From positions 224,001-288,000 of the forward strand of contig CBDCWP010000021.1 in assembly GCA_965223505.1 (NCBI GenBank): a DNA stretch of 64,000 nt, read 5' to 3'. The DNA is from Planctomycetota bacterium. Lineage in GTDB: Bacteria > Planctomycetota > PLA2 > JAEUHO01. A program made the position numbers and the translations under genes. The notes below the pieces were generated by a model. It worked only from the letters and a program-made list of their open reading frames with translations, was not told the DNA's origin and did no database searches. Of the stretch, positions 39,185 to 48,879 are shown piece by piece (the first letter of the stretch is position 1; every line of letters begins with the position of its first letter).

Positions 39185-41245
39185 CTAGTTGTCGCGCGGC
39201 CAATCCGGCTGCACGAAGACGAAGGCTGTGGAGCGCCCCCGCCGGACAAAGAATCGAATGCGCTTCGGCCGCTCGTCGGCGAGCCGCTTCACGAACTCCT
39301 TGAACGCCTTGATCGTCCTGATCTCCTCGCCCTGAATCCGCAAGATCATGTCGCCCGAACGCAGGCCGGCCACGTTGGCCCAGCTGCCGAGCGTGACGTC
39401 GGCCACCATCAGGCCTTCGTACTCCTTCGTGAGCTCGAGGTCCACGCGGTCCATGTAGGTGAGCTCGCGAACCTTGTACTCGAGGAGCTCGTCCTCGGCG
39501 GAGCGAGCGTCGGCGGCCGTCTCGGGGGTCTCTTCCAGCGTGACCGAGACCTCGATCTCCTTCAGGCCGCGAATGACGGCGAGCTTGGCGTCGACGCCGA
39601 TGTCCATGTCCTCGATCTTGTGCCTCAAGATCTGCGCGTCCTGAAGGCTCGTTGCGTTCAGCTCGTCACCGTCGACCGCCGTGATGATGTCGCCCGCCTT
39701 CAGGCCGGCCTTCTCCGCCTCGGTCCAGGGCAGGACGCGCGTGACGCGGAAGCCCTTCTTGCCTTCGAGGTTGAGCGCCGTGGCGACCTTCGGCGTCAAC
39801 ACCTGCGTCTGCACGCCGAGCCACGCCTTGGCCAGCTCACCGCTGCCGCGACGGCTGGGCTTCTTGGACATGTCGAGCACCGTGATCATGTCCCGCTTGC
39901 CGCGACGGAACTTCACCGACAGCGCCTTGCTGCGCTTGTGCTTCCGCATCAAGCGGGCGAAGTCCTCACTGTTCTTCACGGGCTTGCCCGCGATCTCGAG
40001 GATCACGTCGCCCGAACGAAGCGCCGGCTTGGCCGCGTCGGGCGGGCCGCCGGGGCGCAGGGTGCGAAGCAGGACGCCGTCGGTGTTCGGGTAGTTGCGC
40101 GAAAAGGCCATCATCGTCGTGATGTCCATGGCGCTGACGCCCCAGATGGAGTACGCCTGCTCTTCGCCGGCGTGCTTCTCCATGGGCGCGACCATGACGT
40201 CGATCGAGTGGATCTCGCCGCCGCGCTCGTAGACGACCTTGGCCGGCTTGTTCTGCGGAAGATCCGCGATGCGCGACAACAGCGTCGGCACGTCCTCGAA
40301 ACCCTGGACGGAGACGCGCTCACCCGCGATCGAGACGATCACGTCGCCCGGCTGAATGCCCGCCTTGTCGGCGGGACCGCCGGGCATCACGGCCGAGACC
40401 AGGGCGCCGTCCTCGCGCTCGAGGTGATTGACGGGGTCCACCGAGAGGCCCACGAACCCGCGGCGAACTTCGCCGTAGGTCAGGGCCTGGTTCAACACCT
40501 TCGTGACCATGTTCGAAGGGATGGCGAAGCCCACGCCGCCGCCGCCGCGCGTGTTGATCCCGACGATCTCACCCTGGAGGTTGATGAGCGGGCCGCCGCT
40601 GTTGCCGGGCAGGATCAGCGCGTCGTGCTGGATCCACTGGTTGAAGATGCCGGTCGCGTTTCCGCCGAGCTGCATCGACTCGATGCGGTCGCCCGTGAAG
40701 CTGGTGAAGACGCGCGCCGTGTTCGAGACGATGCCGAGCGTCACCGAGCTGCTCATCGCGTGGGGGTTGCCCATCGCGAGCACCTGGTCGCCGACGCGCA
40801 GCTTCGACGAGTCGCCCACGGCCGCGAACGCCACCGGCTTCGTCGTGTCCTTGCGCTGGTCGAGCCGCATCTTGAGGATGCAGAGGTCGGTGAAGGGGTC
40901 GCCGCAGATGATGTCGGCGTCGACGACCTCACCGGTGGTCAGCTTGCACGTCACACGCGTCGCGTCACCGGCGACGTGGTAGTTGGTGACGACGTAGCCG
41001 CCGGGGCTGACGACCACACCGCTGCCCGCGCCGGGCGCCCGCATCTCACGTCCCTGCACGAACTGGCGCGCGATCACCGCGATGTTGACGAGCGCCGGGT
41101 AGACCCGGTCGCGCGCGAACTCGACGGCCTTGCGGACCTTGGCTTCTTCGTCCGTCTCGGCGCGAACCGTGGGAGGAGCGAAAGTCCCGACGGCGATGAG
41201 CAATGCAAGTGACAGCGTGAAAAGGCGAAGGCGAGACGACATCAC
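39185..41245 (-). CDS. HtrA/DegP-family serine protease with four PDZ domains
   Basis: GSGVVV, TNYHV, TDLCIL, PGNSGGPL; four GL/GI/AL..GD.I..(I/V).G PDZ signatures. Confidence 0.93.
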   Translation of the reverse strand: MMSSRLRLFTLSLALLIAVGTFAPPTVRAETDEEAKVRKAVEFARDRVYPALVNIAVIARQFVQGREMRAPGAGSGVVVSPGGYVVTNYHVAGDATRVTCKLTTGEVVDADIICGDPFTDLCILKMRLDQRKDTTKPVAFAAVGDSSKLRVGDQVLAMGNPHAMSSSVTLGIVSNTARVFTSFTGDRIESMQLGGNATGIFNQWIQHDALILPGNSGGPLINLQGEIVGINTRGGGGVGFAIPSNMVTKVLNQALTYGEVRRGFVGLSVDPVNHLEREDGALVSAVMPGGPADKAGIQPGDVIVSIAGERVSVQGFEDVPTLLSRIADLPQNKPAKVVYERGGEIHSIDVMVAPMEKHAGEEQAYSIWGVSAMDITTMMAFSRNYPNTDGVLLRTLRPGGPPDAAKPALRSGDVILEIAGKPVKNSEDFARLMRKHKRSKALSVKFRRGKRDMITVLDMSKKPSRRGSGELAKAWLGVQTQVLTPKVATALNLEGKKGFRVTRVLPWTEAEKAGLKAGDIITAVDGDELNATSLQDAQILRHKIEDMDIGVDAKLAVIRGLKEIEVSVTLEETPETAADARSAEDELLEYKVRELTYMDRVDLELTKEYEGLMVADVTLGSWANVAGLRSGDMILRIQGEEIRTIKAFKEFVKRLADERPKRIRFFVRRGRSTAFVFVQPDWPRDN

Positions 41246-41352
41246 GGAAACCTCCGGAAGAGCGGGTCGAGCCCACGGGCAGGGGGCGCGAGTTTAGCCC
41301 GTTTCCAGCGCGTTGGGGCTCGGCGCCGAAGCGTTTCACGCCCAAAGGCCCC

Positions 41353-42804
41353 CTACGAGTCGCTCAAGCGCTTCTCGGCCCTCTCCGCGGCTGCCGTTCC
41401 CGGGTAGCGTTCGCGGATGTCACGCAACCCGCGCTGCAACGACTTCGTCGAGGCTTCGGGATCCGTCTCCGCCTTCGCGGCCGCCTCGACGGCGGCCAGC
41501 GCCTCGGCGGCTTGCTTCTCCAGCTGCTCGAGGCCCAGCTTGGCCACGGCCGCGAGCGGCGCGACGTTCTGAAGCCGGGACATCCACGCCACGTCCTCCA
41601 AGGCCTTGGCGGTGCGCTTCTTGGCGTCGATGTCCTTCACCACGCGACCCCAGAGCTTGGCCAGCTTCTTGCGGGTCTTCTTCTCGTCGAGGACCAGCGC
41701 CACGTCCCACGCGGCGGCGCGCATCTCCGGGTCGGCGGCGTTCTCGTGCTTGCGCGCCTCCTTCGTCGAACGCGTACGCCGCCACAGGCCGAGCTCGCGC
41801 AGCATGCGCGGCCGCTGTTCGGCCGCGGGCGTCTGCCGGAAGAGCTGAAGCTCGTTGCGCAGCTGTCCGTCGACGATCTCGGGGATCTGCGTGCCGTTGA
41901 TCTGCACGAACGCGATCGTCAAGTAGCAGAGGCCGCCCTTGCTGCGCGCGATCCCGCACGCGCAGTGGGTCAACACCTCCGACGTCAGCGGTAGACAGAA
42001 CGCGGGATAGCGCTTCCATCGCGCGAGGAACGTGTCGAGCCCCCGGCGACCGTCCACGACGACCGCGATGTAGCTCTTCGCGCCGACCTGCTTCGTCGGC
42101 CGGTCGATCGGCACGCGGTAGACCAGATGCTCCCAGCGGTACTCCTGGTAGAGCCGGTGCGCGAGGTTGCCGTCGTCGTTCTCGCTGTCGAGGCGATGGT
42201 CCACCTTGCCGGCCTTCGCGGCGGCCTGGGAGTGCAGCCGCGCCTGGCGCGCGATCGGCTCCGACCACGGGACCTGCTCCAGACCGACCGACTTGCGAAA
42301 CGCGTTGACCTGCTCGAACAGGCGCGCTTCGAGCAGCACCTCGGGGACGTCGAGCGGCGCCGGCACGTCCTCGGGCAACGGGTCGTCTTCGGGCTGCGCG
42401 GGGACGCCGATGAAGAAACGGATGCGCGCTCCGGAATGGGTCCGATCCCCGGACGTGAGTCCGGTGATCTCGAGGCGGTAGACGCCCTTGCCGTGCGACA
42501 AGCGGAACGGGATCTTGAACCGGCCGGAGTCACGGTCCGACTCGAGGTTGCGCAGGCGGTACGCGCGTCCGTTCGGGCGAATCATGACGGCGCGCGGGTT
42601 CCGGTACGCCGGGAGCAAGCGGCCTTCGACCTCGAAGATCGCGGGATGCGGGTGCTCGGTGTCGATGACGGAGAGCTCGACCACCTTCTTGTTGAGGTAG
42701 TCGACGCCGACGACGGTCTCGTCGGCCGCCGCGCGAGGCGCGAACGCGCATGCGGCTGCGAGGCAGGACATCCACCAGACGATTCGCGCGCGCAACGAGG
42801 TCAC
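41353..42804 (-). CDS. Exported protein with CAP/SCP-like domain
   Basis: Signal peptide; LFEQVNAFRKSVGL...ARLHS; THCACGIA. Confidence 0.6.
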   Translation of the reverse strand: MTSLRARIVWWMSCLAAACAFAPRAAADETVVGVDYLNKKVVELSVIDTEHPHPAIFEVEGRLLPAYRNPRAVMIRPNGRAYRLRNLESDRDSGRFKIPFRLSHGKGVYRLEITGLTSGDRTHSGARIRFFIGVPAQPEDDPLPEDVPAPLDVPEVLLEARLFEQVNAFRKSVGLEQVPWSEPIARQARLHSQAAAKAGKVDHRLDSENDDGNLAHRLYQEYRWEHLVYRVPIDRPTKQVGAKSYIAVVVDGRRGLDTFLARWKRYPAFCLPLTSEVLTHCACGIARSKGGLCYLTIAFVQINGTQIPEIVDGQLRNELQLFRQTPAAEQRPRMLRELGLWRRTRSTKEARKHENAADPEMRAAAWDVALVLDEKKTRKKLAKLWGRVVKDIDAKKRTAKALEDVAWMSRLQNVAPLAAVAKLGLEQLEKQAAEALAAVEAAAKAETDPEASTKSLQRGLRDIRERYPGTAAAERAEKRLSDS

Positions 42805-42877
42805 GAGCGGAAATGATAGTGGCGAGCGCTGCCGGGTGTTCCTCCGGCGGCGCGATGTCGCGACGGCTGGGCGCTCC

Positions 42878-43861
42878 CTACCGCTGCGCGATGTTGTTGT
42901 CGGGGGGACCGGACGGCAGCAGCGGATCCGAGACCTGCGGACCGCTCGGCGGAACGACCGAAGGCGGCGGCGGCGAGGGCGCGAAGTCCGGCGATCCGAA
43001 CTCGGGCTGCGCGTCGATGGACGGCGGCACGTTGGCCGACGGGGTGCCCGTGCCGGGCACGCCGTACGCGGCGGGGCGGTTCGTGTGTCGCACGATGCGG
43101 TGCGGGTACTCGGGCGTGCGCACCGTCACGTTGATGTTCCCGACGCCTTCCGCACCCGGCTTCGCGGCCGCCAGAATGGTGTACCGGCCCGGGCGGGGCG
43201 CCGTGAACGTGAGGAACATCGTGCGGCCGTTGCGACTGACGCGCGGCGGGTTCGCGCCTCGCGGCACCTGCGTCTTGTCGAGGGCGCGTCCGCCCCACGG
43301 GTCCTTGACGCCTCGGATCTCGGGTTGGAGGTCGGAGCGGCTCGCCGGCTCGATCTTGACCGCGATCAGGCCGCGGCGCGGCGCCGTGATGTAGATGGGA
43401 TACGTGTCGTTCGACTTCAACGCGGCCTTCGTGCTCAGCGGCGGGAAGATGAGATTGTGCGAGAACTTGTAGTAGGTGGACGACTTGCCGGTGGGCGTCG
43501 CGACGACTTTGTACGTCCCGTTCTTGCGCAGCACCACGCCACGTACGTTCATGGTGGCGGCGCCTGCATCCGACGCCACGTGCGCGCTGAGATCGACCTC
43601 GTTGCCCTCCGGGTCGAAGAGAGCGACGTTCGGCGCCGCCCAGTTGCCTCGGTCCGACTGGATCGTGAAGTCCAACCCCGACGACTCCACCCCTTCGAAC
43701 GTGAAGGCCTGCTCCGCACGGCCCTCCGGCAGACGACCGTGGAGCGTTTCGCCGACGGCGACCTCCGTTCGGTTGGCCGCCGCCGGATTGGACCGGCAGC
43801 CGCCCACCGCGGCGACGATGAGGAACAAGACGGCTACTTGACTCACGTGAACCCGTACCAT
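42878..43861 (-). CDS. Lipoprotein with PPC-like beta-sandwich domains and Pro-rich tail
   Basis: AVGG-C lipobox; ALFDPEGN, NGTYKVV, PGRYTIL; start uncertain. Confidence 0.65.
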   Translation of the reverse strand: MVRVHVSQVAVLFLIVAAVGGCRSNPAAANRTEVAVGETLHGRLPEGRAEQAFTFEGVESSGLDFTIQSDRGNWAAPNVALFDPEGNEVDLSAHVASDAGAATMNVRGVVLRKNGTYKVVATPTGKSSTYYKFSHNLIFPPLSTKAALKSNDTYPIYITAPRRGLIAVKIEPASRSDLQPEIRGVKDPWGGRALDKTQVPRGANPPRVSRNGRTMFLTFTAPRPGRYTILAAAKPGAEGVGNINVTVRTPEYPHRIVRHTNRPAAYGVPGTGTPSANVPPSIDAQPEFGSPDFAPSPPPPSVVPPSGPQVSDPLLPSGPPDNNIAQR

Positions 43862-44010
43862 GCGCACCTCCTGCCCCGCCGCACTCCCATCGCGGTTGCT
43901 CCGTTCGCCGGCGAACTCTTCCGGCAGATCGGCAACGGGATGGGGGCTCGGTTCCCGGGCCGGCCGCGCGCATCCCTTGGGGCTCTTTCGACGCCGAGTG
44001 TAACTGGATC

Positions 44011-44799
44011 ATGCAGCCGAACCACCTTCCCTTGTGTACAATTGCAGGTTCGGACCCTACAGGTGGTGCGGGCCTGCAGGGCGACCTCAGGGCGTTCGCT
44101 GCGCTCGGCGCCCGGGGCACGGCGGTGGTCACGGCCGTCACGGTCCAGGACCGGGAGCGCGTCTCCGCGGTGCACCCGGTCCCCGCGCACGTGGTCCGCG
44201 GACAGCTCGAGGCGGTCCTTGGGACACGCACGCCGGCCGCTTGCAAGACGGGCATGCTCTGGTCGGCGGACACGGTCCGCGCTGTCGCCGCGACGCTGGC
44301 CGGCACCGGCATCCCGCTCGTCGTGGATCCCGTCCTTCACGCCTCGGTGGGGCAGCCCCTGGCAGAGAGGGATGCCGCCGCGGCCTACAACGACGCGCTC
44401 GCGGCGTGCACCACGGTGGTCACGCCGAACGCCGACGAGGCCGGGGCGCTGCTGGGCCGCGCGCCGCCCGCGCCGGGATCGGAGAGCGAGGACGCGGCGC
44501 GGGCGCTCGTCGACCTCGGCTGGAGCGCCGTCGTCCTGACGGGCGGAGACGCCACCGGCGCCGAGGTGATCGACACGCTGGCGATGCGGGACGCGGCCGA
44601 GACGATCTCGCTCGAGCACCCGCGCGTCGAAGGCCGGTTTCACGGGACGGGCTGCGCGCTGTCGGCGGCGCTGGCGTTCGAGCTGGCGCGCGGGGCGGAC
44701 GTCGCAGAGGCGCTTCGGCGCGCGCGACGATTCGTTCACGCGGCGATCGAGCGCGCCGCGGCGCGCGGCGACGGATGGTTGCTTCGCTACGACGCGTAA
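44011..44799 (+). CDS. thiD: Hydroxymethylpyrimidine/phosphomethylpyrimidine kinase
   Basis: IAGSDPTGGAGLQGD, KTGML, VVDPV, TPNADEA, HGTGCALS. Confidence 0.93.
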   Translation: MQPNHLPLCTIAGSDPTGGAGLQGDLRAFAALGARGTAVVTAVTVQDRERVSAVHPVPAHVVRGQLEAVLGTRTPAACKTGMLWSADTVRAVAATLAGTGIPLVVDPVLHASVGQPLAERDAAAAYNDALAACTTVVTPNADEAGALLGRAPPAPGSESEDAARALVDLGWSAVVLTGGDATGAEVIDTLAMRDAAETISLEHPRVEGRFHGTGCALSAALAFELARGADVAEALRRARRFVHAAIERAAARGDGWLLRYDA

Positions 44800-44864
44800 G
44801 CAGCCTTCCGTCCCAACGGGCCGACAGGTACGCTCCGCGGCAGACGGGGGCGGGTGGCAGGGTC

Positions 44865-45776
44865 TTGAAGATCGCGATCATCGGCGCGGGCGTACTGGGG
44901 ACCGCGCTCGGGATGTTGCTGCGGCGCGCCGGATACACCATCACGGCGGTGAGCAGCCTGACCGTTCGCTCGGCGGAGAGAGCCGTCGAGCACATCGGCG
45001 AGGGCGAGGTGATCGGCGATCCCGGGATGGCCGCCATGGGCGCCGACGTCGTCATTCTCTCGGTGCCGGACCGCGCGATCCCGTCGGTCGCCATCCAGGT
45101 CGCGGCCGGGGGCGCCCTGCGCCGCGGGGCGGTCGTGGCGCATCTCGCGGGCGGCCTGCCGTCGGGCGTGCTGTCCGGGGTGACCGCCGCCGGCGGGCTG
45201 CGCGGCGCCATGCACCCGCTGCAGAGCTTCGCCGACGTCGACACCGCGATGCAGCAGCTCCCGGACTCGTTCTTCTTCCTGGAGGGCGAAGACGAGGCGG
45301 TCGAGGTGCTTCGGACGCTGGTCGTCGCGATCAAGGGCCGCCCCATCGCGTTGCCGCAAGGTTCGAAGGCGCTGTATCACGCCGGCGCCGCCGCGGCCTC
45401 GAACTTCCTCGTCACGCTGATCCAGTACGCCGTCACGCTGCTGATCCGGGCGGGCGTGCCGCGTGACACCGCCCTTCCGGCGCTGCTGCCGCTCATCCGC
45501 GGCACCGTGGCGAACCTCGAGAGCGTCGGGTTGCCGGACGCGCTGACCGGGCCCATCGAGCGCGGCGACATCGGAACGGTCAAGCGCCACCTGCGCGCGC
45601 TCGAGTCCATGCCGGGCGACTTCGTGCGCCTGTACCGCCATCTCGCGCGCAAGACGATCGACATCGCGCTGCAAAAAGGCAACGTCAGCATGGACGAAGC
45701 CGGGCGCCTGCTCGAGCTGCTGGAGACGGCCGACTGGCTTCCACCGTTCGAGGAGCCGCCGCCCGGGGCACGTTAG
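44865..45776 (+). CDS. Rossmann-like/DUF2520 oxidoreductase
   Basis: TTG start; IIGAGVLG, MHPLQSF, YHAGAAAASN, ALTGPIERGD. Confidence 0.9.
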   Translation: MKIAIIGAGVLGTALGMLLRRAGYTITAVSSLTVRSAERAVEHIGEGEVIGDPGMAAMGADVVILSVPDRAIPSVAIQVAAGGALRRGAVVAHLAGGLPSGVLSGVTAAGGLRGAMHPLQSFADVDTAMQQLPDSFFFLEGEDEAVEVLRTLVVAIKGRPIALPQGSKALYHAGAAAASNFLVTLIQYAVTLLIRAGVPRDTALPALLPLIRGTVANLESVGLPDALTGPIERGDIGTVKRHLRALESMPGDFVRLYRHLARKTIDIALQKGNVSMDEAGRLLELLETADWLPPFEEPPPGAR

Positions 45777-45837
45777 GCTCCGTGCCGGGCGAGCGTTCGC
45801 GGCCCGCCTTCACGGGAATCCGGCCGCGGATTACCCT

Positions 45838-46416
45838 TTGGACGTGTATCCGGAACAACAGCGGTATTGGATCGCGCTGCTGAACCTGCAGCGCACGTGG
45901 CAGACGGACGACGGATCCGTCTCGTTCATTCCGCCCCGGCATCGCGACTTCGAGAACCCGCCGGCATGGCCCATGCGCAAGGCGCAGGCATACCTGCTGA
46001 ACAATCTCGAGCTGATCCGCGAGAGCTACCGCCGGCTCGAGGCGGGTGTGCAGCTCGACTACGCCCTCCTGAACCACGGCCTGGAGGGGTTGACGCTGCG
46101 TCTCAACCCCTGGGACAGCATCTCGACCTTGCGCGCCGCCGCGCGCGCGAAGGACGACCTCGGCGGCCGGCTCGAGACGTTGCAAATCACGTCGGATGCG
46201 AACGGCCTCAACCCCGGAACACGCTACGTACGAGCGACGATCCAGCGGGCGCTGTACTACTTCGCTCAGTACGTGGACTACCGGCTCTCCGACCCCGCAT
46301 ATCCCGCGGTCTCTTCCGATCTATGGTGCGTACGCGAGTGCGAGAGCGGCACGGGGGATCTGGTCCTCGTGCCACCCGAGTTCGATCTCACCGAAGAGGA
46401 AGCGACCACTGCTTAG
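45838..46416 (+). CDS. Hypothetical protein
   Basis: Gap-filling ORF with normal codon style; start uncertain. Confidence 0.65.
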   Translation: MDVYPEQQRYWIALLNLQRTWQTDDGSVSFIPPRHRDFENPPAWPMRKAQAYLLNNLELIRESYRRLEAGVQLDYALLNHGLEGLTLRLNPWDSISTLRAAARAKDDLGGRLETLQITSDANGLNPGTRYVRATIQRALYYFAQYVDYRLSDPAYPAVSSDLWCVRECESGTGDLVLVPPEFDLTEEEATTA

Positions 46417-46429
46417 TCCGAACAAGCCC

Positions 46430-47872
46430 GTGTCTCAAACGCCGCAAGACGAGTATCGAAGTCCGCTGGTCGTTCGCTACGCCGGGCGCGAGATGCGGCG
46501 GCTCTTCTCCGAGCGCACGCGCATCGAGCGCTGGCGCGACATGTGGATCTGGCTGGCGGAGGCGGAGCGCGAGCTCGGCCTCGACATCGAAGCAGCGCAG
46601 ATCGATGCGATGCGCGCCGCCCGCGAGAACATCGACTTCGATCAAGCGTCGGAGTACGAACGCCGTTTCCGGCACGACGTCATGGCGCACGTGCATGCGT
46701 TCGGCGACGTGGCGCCCGACGCCCGCGCCGTCATCCACCTCGGCGCCACGTCGTGCTACGTCACGGACAACGCCGACGCGTTGATCCTGCGCGACGGCTT
46801 GCGGCACATCGAGACGAGCCTCGCCGAAGCGGTCGACGCGCTGGCGGGTTTCGCGGAGCGCACGAAGAGCGACGTCTGCCTGGCGTACACCCACTTCCAG
46901 CCGGCGCAGCCCACGACCTTCGGCAAGCGCGCCTGTCTCTGGATCCAGGACTTCCTCGACGATCTGAACCGCATCCGAGCCGCCGCCGAGGACGTCCCGT
47001 TCCTCGGATCCAAGGGCACGACCGGCACACAGGCCTCGTTCGTCACGCTCTTCGACGGCGACGCGGAGAAGTGCGAGCGGCTCGACGCGCTGGTGGCCGA
47101 GAAGGCGGGGTTCGACGGTCCGATCCCGGTTTCGGGCCAGACGTACCCGCGCAAGGCCGACTACGCGATCACGGCCGCGCTGGGCGGCGTCGCGGTGTCC
47201 GCGCACCGCTTCGCCAACGACGTGCGGCTGCTCTCCGGCCTGCGGGAGATGGCGGAGCCGTTCGAAAAGGAACAGATCGGCTCGAGCGCGATGGCCTACA
47301 AGCAGAACCCGATGCGCAGCGAACGCATCACGTCGCTTGCGCGCCACGTGATGGCGCTCGTGCCGGAAGCGGCGTCGACGGCCGCCTGCCAGTGGCTCGA
47401 ACGCTCGCTCGACGACTCGGCGGGACGGCGCATCTATCTGCCGGAGGCGTTCCTCGGCGTCGACGCGATCCTGCGCTTGGTGATCAACGTCGGGCGGGGC
47501 CTGCACGCCAACACCAAGGTGGCGCGCGCGCGGCTCGAGCGTGAGCTGCCGTTCATGGCGACGGAAGAGATCCTGATGCGCGCCGTGCGCGCCGGCGGGG
47601 ATCGGCAGGCGCTGCACGAACGCATTCGTGTGAACAGTCTCGCTGCGAAGGAGCGGCTCCTGGAAGGCGCCGAGCGCAACGACCTCTTCGATCGGATCCG
47701 TGACGACGATGCGTTCTCGGCGATTCGGGACGACCTCGACGAGCTGTCGTCGCCGGAGCGCTTCATCGGTCTGTCCACACGCCAGTGCGAGCGCTTTCTC
47801 GCATCGGACGTCGCGCAGGCCCTCGCCCCCTACCGCGAGCGCCTGGGTCGGGACGTCGAGATCAACGTCTAG
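46430..47872 (+). CDS. purB: Adenylosuccinate lyase
   Basis: GTG 46430; YRSPLVVRYA, RHDVMAH, HLGATS, THFQPAQPTT, SSAMAYKQNP. Confidence 0.96.
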   Translation: MSQTPQDEYRSPLVVRYAGREMRRLFSERTRIERWRDMWIWLAEAERELGLDIEAAQIDAMRAARENIDFDQASEYERRFRHDVMAHVHAFGDVAPDARAVIHLGATSCYVTDNADALILRDGLRHIETSLAEAVDALAGFAERTKSDVCLAYTHFQPAQPTTFGKRACLWIQDFLDDLNRIRAAAEDVPFLGSKGTTGTQASFVTLFDGDAEKCERLDALVAEKAGFDGPIPVSGQTYPRKADYAITAALGGVAVSAHRFANDVRLLSGLREMAEPFEKEQIGSSAMAYKQNPMRSERITSLARHVMALVPEAASTAACQWLERSLDDSAGRRIYLPEAFLGVDAILRLVINVGRGLHANTKVARARLERELPFMATEEILMRAVRAGGDRQALHERIRVNSLAAKERLLEGAERNDLFDRIRDDDAFSAIRDDLDELSSPERFIGLSTRQCERFLASDVAQALAPYRERLGRDVEINV

Positions 47873-48669
47873 CTCTGCGTCGCGGCGGATCGACGGGGCC
47901 GCTCGCGACGCTTCCCGAACCAACGGTAGTGGCACCACAGCCGCATCAAGCCGATGGCCGAGCGCGGGAAGTCGTACCAGTGGAGCTTGCTGCCGCCGAT
48001 GTCGTGCCACTGTTGCAGCGGATGCTCGATCACCGCGGTCTCGGGCGCAAAGCTCGGGTCGACCTCGGCAACGAGACGCATGCGCGCGATCAGCTCGACG
48101 TCGAAGACCCAACGCGTCTGGAAGGGCCGCTCGAACAGCCACCGGGTGTGCGCGCACGCGCGCATGAGCTTCGCCCCGCACTGGGTGTCGTAGACGGGCA
48201 GCCGCAGGAAGCTCGACGCCGCCGTGGCGAAGACGCGTCCGAGGTAGTGGCGCATCGCGCTGCGCTCGATCGAGCGGCCCAGCATCTTCACGCGCGAACC
48301 CATGACGAGCTTCGCACCGGGACGCCGCTCGAGCTCGGCGCGAAGGTCCGCCACCTCGCGAAGCGGCGTCGAGAGATCCGCGTCCCAGTAGCCGATCCAG
48401 GCGGCATCGGTCTCGAACGCACGCAAGACGCCTTGGCGAACGGCCTCCGCCTTGCCGCGGTTCGCCGGCAGATGGACGACGTCGATCCGGTCCGCGCCCC
48501 CGCTCAATCGGTCGAGTCGCTCGCCGGTCTCGTCGGTGCTTCCGTCGTCGACGAACACGAACGCGGTCTCGGGACTCTTCGCGAGGTGCGCGCGAAAGGC
48601 GTCCTCGTCGAGGCGCCCGGCCTCGTTGAAGCAGGGGACGACGAGCGTCGTTTGGGGGCCGGGCGACAT
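47869..48669 (-). CDS. GT2 glycosyltransferase (polyprenol-phosphate hexosyltransferase-like)
   Basis: VVPCFNE, VDDGSTD, NRGKAEAV, DADL, DTQCGAK, FDVEL. Confidence 0.93.
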   Translation of the reverse strand: MSPGPQTTLVVPCFNEAGRLDEDAFRAHLAKSPETAFVFVDDGSTDETGERLDRLSGGADRIDVVHLPANRGKAEAVRQGVLRAFETDAAWIGYWDADLSTPLREVADLRAELERRPGAKLVMGSRVKMLGRSIERSAMRHYLGRVFATAASSFLRLPVYDTQCGAKLMRACAHTRWLFERPFQTRWVFDVELIARMRLVAEVDPSFAPETAVIEHPLQQWHDIGGSKLHWYDFPRSAIGLMRLWCHYRWFGKRRERPRRSAATQS

Positions 48670-48879
48670 GGGGGCGGGATTCTGCCATACGTCCGCCTCG
48701 GACCGCCGCGTCCGGCCCCGACGCGCCTTGTTAGCGCTGCGAATCGACTAACCCTCAACCTGCGTACGCAGCGCTGTCGATAGGGCCGCCGGATCCGGGA
48801 CCGGGCCCTCTCGTCCGTCGAGCGGGCCCCCAGAAGGGTGATGCGGGGGCGTCGAGCGCTCCCCGTCAGGCGAGACGCG

